Positions 39,197-48,500 of a DNA stretch of 64,000 bases are shown in pieces. The notes under the pieces were generated by a model. The model searched no databases, was not told the DNA's origin, and saw nothing but the letters and a program-made list of their open reading frames with translations. Position 1 is the stretch's first letter; every line of letters begins with the position of its first letter. A program made the position numbers and the translations under genes. Origin of the DNA: an uncultured Candidatus Saccharibacteria bacterium (GTDB lineage: Bacteria > Patescibacteriota > Saccharimonadia > CAILAD01 > JADZBC01); the NCBI GenBank assembly GCA_964600985.1, contig CAZRJR010000003.1, positions 2,583 to 66,582 on the forward strand, in the 5' to 3' direction.

Positions 39197-39232
39197 CTAA
39201 AAGTCTCGGACAAAGTAATCCGAGACTTTTAG
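39197..39232. terminator. bidirectional intrinsic terminator between rplT and the convergent DUF4012 gene
   Basis: CTAAAAGTCTCGGA-caaagtaa-TCCGAGACTTTTAG, 14-bp stem with T-runs on both sides. Confidence 0.6.
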
Positions 39233-40684
39233 TTAGCGCTGAAACACAACGAGAAGGGGTCTATCCGTTGCCAAAGCCGAGCTAGACAAATTTGCCACAC
39301 CACGAGTCGACTTGTAGCCTTCTGGTAAACTGATGACTTGTGAGACAGTCTGGTTCTGGCTCCCAATTGGTTTCTCGAAGTAGCTACGCACCACCACCTG
39401 CTTGCTCAGGTTATAATGAAAGGGTAGCTCGTAGGTCAGCGTGTAGTCTGCAGTAGCGCCAGGTTCAAGTTGGGAAAGAAACGTGACTACAGAGCGGCCT
39501 TTTTCGGTATATACTGGGCGCGACTGGTCGAAGCTGTTACTTAGTAGCTTACTCCCATAGGGCAGCGCCACCTTTACAAAGCTTGTGTTTGCCCCTACCA
39601 GCCACTTAGTGAGCCCATCGTGCGGGTCAATATATTGATGGGCATACTGGCCCGTATGATGGCGACGTAACACCAGCTTGGCTGTCGCCTTTCCATGAGA
39701 GTCAATTGTGAGCTGCTGCCTTATGCTCTGATAAATATATGGACTACTCTTATTGGCACCGACATTTGCATCGGCCACGAGAACGTAATTGGCTTCGGCC
39801 GCACTAAGCCCCCCTGCCAGACCCGCTTCACCCAGAAGCTTTTCTATCCGAGAAGACCTGCTATAGACGGCTAATTGCTTTTGAGCCGCCATATCCGTGG
39901 CTAAGCCTTTGTAACGCGCTAGAGTTTCGAGTGTAGTGCGCTCGAACATATGGGCCAGCATTGTGTTTGCTAACACGCCCAGTATAGTCTTGGGGTCTTT
40001 GCCAGCTTGCTTATCGCCCCCCGCTTCGACTTCCAGCTGGACCTTCTCGAGAAAGTTTTCGTGAGTAACAGTCAAGTTATACTCACTCAACGCAATAGGT
40101 CCAGTTACCTTCAACATCTCACGTACTACATTTGGCGTAAGCATTACAACACTGTCTACCTTCTTGCCAGATTCACGCTCAAACAACTTGGCGGCACGCT
40201 CGGCGTTGGTTGGCCAGTCTAAGCTCACCCCACTGTCACGCAAGGTTATTGCGCTCGTTAAGCCAGAGAGCTCTGGGGTAGCAGGCTCAAGTGTAGACTC
40301 CTGCCCTTCAAGCCTGTGGTCGTAGTAATACACGCTATGAATTGGATCAATCTCCACCTTGCCACCTGGCTGAGCATTTATATAGCCAACTGACCCTATA
40401 AAACCCCCTCCGTAACGCATTTCAGCGTTGTTAGTAAATAGAATTAAAATACGGTTCTGCCCATTCCTGCCTGCGAGATGGCGGAGTATTGTTTCGTACC
40501 GTTGAGATATAGTAGCTTTTTCTACAACATTATTATACAGATGAGAAATGGCATAAACTGCCATTAATGCCACTATAATTCCGCCTAAAGCAGCTGTCCA
40601 AGACTTTGCCCTAAGTAGAAACGTGTGCCGTGACAACATCTTGAATCTGCTTAATAAACCTCTCCTCACTAAATGCATGAGCAT
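39233..40684 (-). CDS. DUF4012-like secreted/membrane-anchored protein of a surface-glycan locus
   Basis: 483 aa. N-terminal TM. NNAEMRYGGGFIGSVGY motif, as recalled for DUF4012. The true start is probably the internal Met near 40639, because the track start overlaps the upstream GT4 by 74 nt. Confidence 0.45.
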   Translation of the reverse strand: MLMHLVRRGLLSRFKMLSRHTFLLRAKSWTAALGGIIVALMAVYAISHLYNNVVEKATISQRYETILRHLAGRNGQNRILILFTNNAEMRYGGGFIGSVGYINAQPGGKVEIDPIHSVYYYDHRLEGQESTLEPATPELSGLTSAITLRDSGVSLDWPTNAERAAKLFERESGKKVDSVVMLTPNVVREMLKVTGPIALSEYNLTVTHENFLEKVQLEVEAGGDKQAGKDPKTILGVLANTMLAHMFERTTLETLARYKGLATDMAAQKQLAVYSRSSRIEKLLGEAGLAGGLSAAEANYVLVADANVGANKSSPYIYQSIRQQLTIDSHGKATAKLVLRRHHTGQYAHQYIDPHDGLTKWLVGANTSFVKVALPYGSKLLSNSFDQSRPVYTEKGRSVVTFLSQLEPGATADYTLTYELPFHYNLSKQVVVRSYFEKPIGSQNQTVSQVISLPEGYKSTRGVANLSSSALATDRPLLVVFQR

Positions 40685-41735
40685 GACGAGTAATTTGCTT
40701 ACTGTCCCAGGCTACCACTTCGCTCTGCTTAATAGCCTTGGCCAACGAATCCGGGGTCTGGGTGCTAAACAACACGCCTGTTACGCCATCCACGACTGTT
40801 TCTGTAGCGCCACCACGACCATATGCCAACACAGGCTTGCCGCAGGCCATTGCCTCGAGCGGAGTTATGCCAAAATCCTCTTCCCCTGGAAATAATAATG
40901 CCTTAGCACCCTGGTAGAGTCTTGTGATTTCGACATTCGATTGGCCTCCTCGGAAGTCTATAGTTGGCCCGGCCATTTTCTTGAGTCTTTTAAGTTCCGA
41001 GCCACCCCCAGCCACTATCAGACGCCTGCCAAGCCTCGTGCACGCCTCTACGGCAACATCCACGCGCTTATACGGTACAAGACGCGATACAATTAAGTAG
41101 TAGTCCTTATCCGAACTACCTTCAAGCTTAAATCGATCAGTATCTACTGGCGGATGCACGACATCAGCACTACGTTTGTAGTATTTTTCAATACGCTTTG
41201 CCACATTTTCTGAGTTAGCGAGCAATACATCTGGTCTTTGAGCCGCAGCAAAGTCCCAATAGCGCATACGCCGTACAAAGGATGGTGCGATAAGCCTGAT
41301 AAGCGGATTTAGAGCGCCGAAACCAGGGTCTGCGAGGTAATCATCGTAATTACTCCAGTAATACCGCACGGGTGTGTGAATATAGGAGATGTGGAGAGTC
41401 TCTGTGGAGGTAATAACCCCCTTTGCCTCTGCACTACTGCTTGAAATCACAAGGTCATAGCCTGAGAAATCAAAACTCTCAAAGGCTAGAGTTCTTAATA
41501 CAGGGTAGAGTTGATGCTTTCGCTGCGCCCATGGCCAGTGTTGCAAAAAAGATGTCTTCACCCTCCCTTTGAACTGAGGAAGTTTGTCTTCGCTATACAC
41601 ACTGGAGTATATATCTGCCTGCGGAAAGGCTCTGAGCAGCGACTCCACCACTCGCTCTGCTCCACCTATATTAGTAAGCCAATCATGTACAATCGCTACT
41701 CTTAGCTGCTCAGCTGACCTTTTGCTAGTAGCCAC
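40611..41735 (-). CDS. glycosyltransferase family 4
   Basis: 374 aa LRVAIVHDWLTNIGGAERV... GT4 fold. Confidence 0.8.
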   Translation of the reverse strand: MATSKRSAEQLRVAIVHDWLTNIGGAERVVESLLRAFPQADIYSSVYSEDKLPQFKGRVKTSFLQHWPWAQRKHQLYPVLRTLAFESFDFSGYDLVISSSSAEAKGVITSTETLHISYIHTPVRYYWSNYDDYLADPGFGALNPLIRLIAPSFVRRMRYWDFAAAQRPDVLLANSENVAKRIEKYYKRSADVVHPPVDTDRFKLEGSSDKDYYLIVSRLVPYKRVDVAVEACTRLGRRLIVAGGGSELKRLKKMAGPTIDFRGGQSNVEITRLYQGAKALLFPGEEDFGITPLEAMACGKPVLAYGRGGATETVVDGVTGVLFSTQTPDSLAKAIKQSEVVAWDSKQITRHAHAFSEERFIKQIQDVVTAHVST

Positions 41736-43140
41736 GTCCCCTCACAATCACCGCGAGCGTACGCCACAAAATCGTAATATCGAGCCACAAACTCCAGTTT
41801 TCCACATAGTATATATCGAGCTCCACCCGCTCCTTGTAGCCGATGTCATTTCTTCCAGAAACCTGCCACAGTCCCGTTAGGCCAGGCTTAATGGCTAGGA
41901 ATTTACCACCTAGTTTGCCGTAGCGCTCTAGTTCAGACTCAATAATTGGCCTTGGCCCAACCAAACTTAGATCACCTTTGAGTACATTGTACAGCTGTGG
42001 TAGTTCATCCAGACTTGTTTTACGCAAAAAGCGACCAACTTTACTGACTCTAGGGTCGTTCCTAAGCTTCTGGGTCTTTTTAAACTCTTCTATCAGTGCT
42101 GGGTCGCCGAACTTTGCCAGTGCTTCTTCGGCTGTTTTACTGGCAAATTTACCGCCGGTAGAGTATTCCATCTTCATGGACCGAAATTTATACACTTTAA
42201 TCTTTTTGCCAGTGCGCGACAGTCTTTCGTGTGCATAAAATACAGCGCCCCGATCGGTCAACTTAATTATTAATCCTATAACGAGAAATAGTGGGCTGAG
42301 AATAACAAGTCCAAATAATGATGTAATAAAGTCTACAATTCGTTTTACTATTCTCCCCCATCCCTCAAGTGGTGTGGTGCGAAGTTCCAAGACGGGCACC
42401 CCACCATGAAGCGCAGTTACAACATTGGCATTATAAAGCCCCATAATACTCGGAATAAATCGATACGATATACTATACTGCTGACAAACGTCGAGCAAAC
42501 TGGTGTCTTCCTGGTTTCCCTTGTGCATATGGATTATTTCGTCGATGTGGTTTTGATTATGAATGCGCAAAACGTCATCGGTAGTCGCTATGCGAGCATC
42601 AAAGTCTTTGAGCGAGCTATTTATTACATGGTATCCGCTGCCAAGGGAATGTTCCAGAGTGGCTACCAGCTTACGTGGTGCCAATATGAGGGCCTGATGA
42701 ACTCCGACGCCAAAGTGAAACAGTACACGCTGCACCACGCTCATAACTATTCGAGCAAGGGCAATTAATACAAAACTGGCTATGAAGCCATATATTATGA
42801 TGCTTTTAGAGGGAAACAATGGCGTGGGATTAAAAAAGTCTAGTACAATCAGAGCCATTACGCCACAAGCGGTAGCAATAAAAACCTTAATGAGTTCATC
42901 TATGCGCCGGCGCGTACTACCAAGTGAATACAGTCCCAACAGGGCAAAAATAAGTATCCAGATTGGCAGTAAAATGGTTAGATAGCGCAGATACACCATA
43001 CCCCCTATGTTGTAGGCCAATGGCTTATCGCTTCCCGCACGGTAAAAATACGCAGCCACAAAGCCTATAATCATCATGGTGTAATCGATTGGCACCAGAA
43101 CAAGGCTAAAGATAAGTTCGCTGCGCTTCTTCATATTCAT
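41725..43140 (-). CDS. undecaprenyl-phosphate sugar phosphotransferase (polyprenyl glycosylphosphotransferase, WbaP-like)
   Basis: 471 aa. N-terminal TM bundle, C-terminal Bac_transf domain with GDLSLVGPRP. Confidence 0.85.
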   Translation of the reverse strand: MNMKKRSELIFSLVLVPIDYTMMIIGFVAAYFYRAGSDKPLAYNIGGMVYLRYLTILLPIWILIFALLGLYSLGSTRRRIDELIKVFIATACGVMALIVLDFFNPTPLFPSKSIIIYGFIASFVLIALARIVMSVVQRVLFHFGVGVHQALILAPRKLVATLEHSLGSGYHVINSSLKDFDARIATTDDVLRIHNQNHIDEIIHMHKGNQEDTSLLDVCQQYSISYRFIPSIMGLYNANVVTALHGGVPVLELRTTPLEGWGRIVKRIVDFITSLFGLVILSPLFLVIGLIIKLTDRGAVFYAHERLSRTGKKIKVYKFRSMKMEYSTGGKFASKTAEEALAKFGDPALIEEFKKTQKLRNDPRVSKVGRFLRKTSLDELPQLYNVLKGDLSLVGPRPIIESELERYGKLGGKFLAIKPGLTGLWQVSGRNDIGYKERVELDIYYVENWSLWLDITILWRTLAVIVRGRGY

Positions 43141-43204
43141 CTATTATTCTAGCATAAACACCTATCGTCTGGAGGAAATCTACTCTGTGTTTCCGAGCAT
43201 AATA

Positions 43205-43606
43205 ATAGCCTCATAAGCCAGTTATAAGCCGAATTCTGTAACCCGCTAAAGCGAACTAGCGATCATCTATCTTCCTGCATTACTGCAGGCGTCCATACCA
43301 AGGTATGGATCGTGCGACAAACCCCAAAAAGAGCGAGTAACTCTGCCTAGTGGCGGGGCCCATAGTCTTGCAGCGAATGGGGTTTACCTCCAATCATAGT
43401 CACCTAAGATTGCTGTGTGCTCTTACCACACTCTTTTCACCCTTACCCCTCACCTTTTATGTCGCCACAAAAGGTGAGGGGCGGTATTGTTTCTGTGGCA
43501 CTTTCCCTAAGGTTGCCCTCGGTTGCCGTTAGCAACCATCCTACTCTATGCTGTTCGGACTTTCCTCTCCCGCTAGGGAGCGATCGCTCGCTGACTTATG
43601 AGGATT
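43205..43606 (-). ncRNA. rnpB: RNase P RNA, bacterial type A
   Basis: Minus strand: P1 CCUCAUAAGUCAG / CUGGCUUAUGAGG. P4 5' strand GGGAGAGGAAAGUCCGAACAGC. GGUAAGGUGAAAAGAGUGUGGUAAGAGCACAC (P10.1-P12 region). GGUAAACCCCAU. P4 3' strand ACAGAAUUCGGCUUAUAACUGG. No ORF. Confidence 0.85.
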
Positions 43607-43625
43607 ATATTATACGATAATTAGA

Positions 43626-44072
43626 CTATTGTGTCGAGGACAGATGCGCATCCAAGCATATATTTACCTGGGCATCAGCCAATTTATTAAACTCTCTTCG
43701 CACATGCGTAAAACTTACCTCTGTCTCCCCAGTCAATAGTCCTTGTACTTGGGCATAGAGCGGTTTCATATCGACATGCTTTACTCTGTAGATACCATTG
43801 AGTTGCTTAGTAACAAGCTCGCTGTCCAAGTAAAAGTGGGCGGTTTTTACTTCAGACTCTTTTAGCTTACTCAGCCCTAAAATAACAGCACTGTATTCTG
43901 CAAAGTTATTGGTGCGTATGCCCAGGTATTCATTAAATTCTGCCAATACTTCATCATTCGTTGTAGTTATTACTACGCCAGAGGCAGCTGGCCCAGGATT
44001 ACCACGCGAACCTCCGTCGCAAAAAACCTTTACTTCTTCTGGTAGGTTCACGAACGTGCCCTCAATACCCAA
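43626..44072 (-). CDS. rnhA: ribonuclease HI
   Basis: 148 aa VFCDGGSRGNPGPAASGVV...NNFAEYSAVILGL... DEDD catalytic residues in place. Confidence 0.85.
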   Translation of the reverse strand: MGIEGTFVNLPEEVKVFCDGGSRGNPGPAASGVVITTTNDEVLAEFNEYLGIRTNNFAEYSAVILGLSKLKESEVKTAHFYLDSELVTKQLNGIYRVKHVDMKPLYAQVQGLLTGETEVSFTHVRREFNKLADAQVNICLDAHLSSTQ

Positions 44073-44833
44073 AAGGCGATCACAACCAGGCCAAATACGA
44101 AGCGGTAGATCACAAACGCCCGTAAGTTATGAGTGCTCACGTATTTGAGCAACCATTTTATGACTGCCATACCGACTAATCCAGAAACAAAAATCCCTAC
44201 TGCCAAGCTGAGTGCCGATACACTCGGCTCAGGATGCTTAATAAGTCCATAGGCCTTATATAGCCCTGCTCCCAAGCTAATAGGCGCCGCTAGCAGAAAA
44301 CTAAAGCGTGCAGCATCCTCACGCTTTAGACCTCGCCACAAGCCTGCTGTCATGGTAATGCCCGAGCGAGATGTACCAGGAATGAGAGCCAAGGCCTGGG
44401 CGAAGCCGACTATCAGTGTGTCTTTAAGGTTTAGCTTACTACTATCACGTTCGAGCTTCGCAGTCGAATCAACATAAAGTAGCAAAAAGCTAAAAGCAAT
44501 CATGCCCACACCCACAATCAACGGCGCATAACTACTACCGTGCAGCTGGGTCTCGATCCACTTATCCCCCAAGAATCCCAAAATAGCAGCCGGCACCGAG
44601 GCAATAATGATATAACCAAGCAATGGGCTGCGTTCGCGAATTAGCTTCCAAAAGTCCTTATAAAAGAACACCAGCAACGCAACTGCAGTGCCAATGTGGA
44701 TTGCAGCGTCAAACCCAAGCCCAGGATCGGCGAGCTTAAAAAGCCATGGTGCAACAAGCAGATGGGCTGAAGATGAAATGGGTAAGAACTCGCTTATACC
44801 TTGGATTACCGACAGAAAAATAACTACAAACAT
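44048..44833 (-). CDS. uppP: undecaprenyl-diphosphatase
   Basis: 261 aa. GISEFLPISSSAHL and PGTSRSG motifs of BacA/UppP. Confidence 0.9.
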   Translation of the reverse strand: MFVVIFLSVIQGISEFLPISSSAHLLVAPWLFKLADPGLGFDAAIHIGTAVALLVFFYKDFWKLIRERSPLLGYIIIASVPAAILGFLGDKWIETQLHGSSYAPLIVGVGMIAFSFLLLYVDSTAKLERDSSKLNLKDTLIVGFAQALALIPGTSRSGITMTAGLWRGLKREDAARFSFLLAAPISLGAGLYKAYGLIKHPEPSVSALSLAVGIFVSGLVGMAVIKWLLKYVSTHNLRAFVIYRFVFGLVVIAFWVLRARS

Positions 44834-44838
44834 AGCTA

Positions 44839-45258
44839 TTATTGTATATCGGCCAGTGGGTTATCAGCAAGGTAAGCTCGTATCTTCTCCGCGGCTGGTT
44901 TGAGCTCGTCGAGGCCACCAAATACTGCCCGAGCTGGGTCCATATCGGATTCTTGGTCGATCGGAACTAAGTGAACGTGCACATGCGGCACGCCAAGCCC
45001 CATAAGCTGCAATGCAACCACCGTAGGCTCAAACACAGCATCGAGCACTTGCGCAAACCGTCGCGAGAGCTTCATAACACCCACATACACATCCGCATCC
45101 ATATCGTAAAAGCGTTCGTAGGCTACTTTGGGTATTACCAGGCTGTGCCCGGGCTTGAGTGGTGCTCGAGACAAGATAATAATTGCCTGTTCATCCTCGT
45201 ATAGCACCTCGGCTGGCTCTTGCCGCTCTATAATGCGCGTAAATATACTTTCTGCCAT
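44839..45258 (-). CDS. HIT-family hydrolase
   Basis: Start taken at the internal Met (MAESIFTRIIER...). Histidine triad HVHVHLVP. Confidence 0.7.
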   Translation of the reverse strand: MAESIFTRIIERQEPAEVLYEDEQAIIILSRAPLKPGHSLVIPKVAYERFYDMDADVYVGVMKLSRRFAQVLDAVFEPTVVALQLMGLGVPHVHVHLVPIDQESDMDPARAVFGGLDELKPAAEKIRAYLADNPLADIQ

Positions 45259-45299
45259 ATCACCCACTACCCCTTCGTTATTATTATACATTACTACGC

Positions 45300-45590
45300 T
45301 ATTTAGAGGCCGTATACTGCGAAAAAGCCTGTGGGCTAGGCACACTTGCCCCCTCCGCAGATACCTGCGCTAGAGCGGCGCTATACTGAGCTTTTAGGCC
45401 ATCCACTCGGCGCGTTAGCTCCCCACTCATAGCGTGCAGGTGGTAGCCATAGGCTGATACCATAGCTATTAGAAAAAACGTTTTTACTCTCACGGGCACG
45501 ATCCACTTTTATCGACGCTATTATAGCCTTAGTGAGGCTGAATTGCGAGCATAACCTACTTTGGCTTAGATCCTCGTGAGCTATCACCAA
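45300..45590 (-). pseudogene. frameshifted remnant of a histidine-kinase DHp domain downstream of the giant surface-protein gene
   Basis: The -1 frame continues the H-box helix of the upstream ORF as ...VIAHEDLSQSRLCSQF (like DHp helix 2, LL-x-LSRLE). Only ~70 codons remain before the HIT gene, and no HATPase_c is possible. Confidence 0.3.
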
Positions 45591-48500
45591 GCACTTCTAT
45601 GCCATTCTGGATGATGGTAATCGGGGTATTAAGGTAGTGCGAGGCCAAGGCAATGAAGTTGTCCTGCTGGGCACGAATAGACTTACGCTTAGCTATAAAC
45701 TCACGGTTGAGCTTGTCTTTGCGAATTTCGTTATTAGACTGGTAGTACAGAGATAAGGCGAATATAAGCAGGAGCAGGAACAAGAGGTATGGGAAGCCAA
45801 TAGCAGCCTGGCGCGGTACAAAGTGAGCAACTGCTAGTATGCCTCGGTCAAACCAGTTTAGACTTACCTTGTTTGGTGAGGTTGGGGTGTACTGGGTAGT
45901 GATTATACGTGGCGACTTGCCAGATGTTGGCTGGATCGTTGTAGCCGTAGGTGGCTCTACAGTTGGTGGTGTAGTTGGACAAGTGTTGGTAGTAGCACAC
46001 GGTACCGACGGACAAGTGTTGGTTACCGTACAATCTGCCGGCGATGCTGGAACTATGAAGGCTATGCCAGCCTGTGGTGAAGTTATTGCACCTACCACTC
46101 GAGAGCCATACGCGTACGATCCAGTAGCTAGCGGCATGAGGGGTGACGTGGGTTCCAGGAAAGCACCAGCCTGCACGTTCCAGACTAAAGCACTTGAACT
46201 ATCACTAAAACTCAATAATGGAATATATACTCTCTCAGGGTTTGAGCTTATACCCAGACCAGTAGGCAAGCCATTAATTCCGTCATGCAACTCAACTTGG
46301 TTAGTGCCTAGATTCACCACTGCAAACTTCCCTATTGAAGGCATTACAGCAATATAGGCATAGCTAGCTGAAGCATCAAGGGTAAACGGATAAAAGATAT
46401 CTTCGTACGGGTCAGGGAAGGCCATGACGCTTATTGAATTCAACTCCAAGCCACTAGAAGCATCTAATACCTTTAAGACTAGTTCATGGCCCTCCACATC
46501 CTTCGCTAGGTAATACAGCTTGCCAGCTCTATAGGTGGTAGTACCGACCATTGTGTTGCCAGAAACGTTAATTGTCCTTACTGCACCAGTAGCAAGCGTA
46601 TATTCCAACACAGTATTCACCTCGGCTCCGAAACTCGTATAGAACTTAGTGGCGTCTTCATTAAGTGCACCATTAGTAAGCCCGTAAACATTCGATCCTG
46701 GCAAGATGGCTTCCGATCCCTCTAGGGAGAAGGTGCTTAGGTTTAACTTTCTCAGCATTGAGCCAGCCGAATTGCTCTGTTCTGTTAGCACTGCGAAGTT
46801 ATCGTCAGGTGTTATACTCAAGCCGAGGGCAAATGAATTCGTTTGAGGAGGAACGGTAAGCGTACGCTGGCTCATAGTATTTAAGTCAAGTTCGCGCACA
46901 ACAGCCTGTACTCCATTGGCGTTATAGCCAAATATATACAACTTCGTTCCGCTATTGTTCAAGGTTGCCCCAAACGCAACAAACGGAGGTTGACTAGCGC
47001 TGTTAATCCTTATGGTTCTGAGGACAGAGGCACTGCTGTTGTCGATTACTTGGACTGCTGTATTACCACTACTATCGAGCCAAGGAATAAACGCAACGTC
47101 ACTACCGGGAACCCATCGAGCCACTAGGTTATGATTACCGACAGCGACCCCACTTACCTCGTAGGTCCAGGTACCCTGCGCATTAGCAGTAGTTGTTCCG
47201 ACCTGAGTACCGTCTACAAAGATCGAGATTACTTTGTTGGCCGGCCCCGTGCCAGTCACGGTACTAGCGCCACCACCAAAGCTCGCACCATTAATTGGCG
47301 AGGTAATAGTCACAAACGGACTGTTGTCGTACACTACCGCCTGACCCACAACGAGTGTAAATGCTTGAGTGTCACTACTAAACCCATCGTCGGCTTGTAC
47401 AGTAAAGTTATACGTTCCTGCCTGAGTTGGTGTGCCCTGCAAATAGCCTTGCAAGCTTAGGCTCATGCCGCTTGGCAGGCTTCCACTCACCACAGTAAAG
47501 ACCGGCTGAGAGGCGGCGCCTTCGTATTCGATAGTTTTACTATATTGTAGTCCTACGCGACCAAAAGGCAGATTCGCAGTAGTGATGTTTAGTTGTGGTG
47601 CTGTCACTACTATGGTGTATTCTTGGCTCGTTGTGCCTCCAGGGTTTGCGCCACGAGTATCCTGAGCCTCTACCATAAAGGTATACGTGCCTGCAGAAGT
47701 TGGGGTGCCATACAAGATCCCGGTGCTGCCGGCGCCAACTAGTGTAAGTCCGTCGGGCAAGGCTCCAGTCACTACACTGAATGCCACATCTCCCAAATGA
47801 TTAGCGGTATATATATACTCTTGGTAGCTGGCGCCAACCTGAGTATCTGGTAAAACTTCTGTGGTTATGCTTAACGGTGCTGTTTCGTTCACTAAGATAG
47901 AGAGCGAAGCGGTGTCAGAAGTGTGCCCATCCGTCGCCGTCACATCAAAGCCATAAGTACCAATTGCTTCCGGTATACCAGTTATGTAGCCCGTATTGGT
48001 ATCCAGGCTCAGTCCGGGCGGCAAGCTACCAGAACTAATGCTATACGTAACCGTACCCGAGTTTTCGTCTACCGCAATGTTATCCTGGTACGACACACCA
48101 ACTGCGCCATCATCTAGGTTCGTGGTTGAAATATGTACCGGCACACAGTCATCCGTTGTAAACGTTGCATCACTACTAACTTGGAATCCGCCTCTATCAA
48201 TCACAAATACCCTGTAGTGGTACAACGTGCTACAGGCTAAGCCGCTCACCGCTTTGTCGATGCCTGCCACGCCGTCTACCGGACTCATGGCGCTAGAATC
48301 TACCGCCGAGCTACCATAGCTAGTAGTCAGGCCATACTGGAAGCCACGAGACGTAATGCCCTGTGGGTAATCAGTTGTGCCATGCAGAGTTGCTCCGGTA
48401 CGAGTAATGTTGTCAGCCGGTAATGCAGTGAGGGTACGCAGGCCCGTGCAGGGTTCGGTCGTAAACGTACTGTCGCTACTATAGTCTGTACTATCAGCAT

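Noticed and set aside
43350-43620. Two small plus-strand ORFs (43350..43532, 43417..43620)
   Set aside because: They lie entirely inside the RNase P RNA gene.
45839-46357. 172-aa plus-strand ORF inside the giant surface-protein gene
   Set aside because: Antisense to a 1400-aa ORF with coherent repeat architecture. Low-complexity Gly/Val translation.
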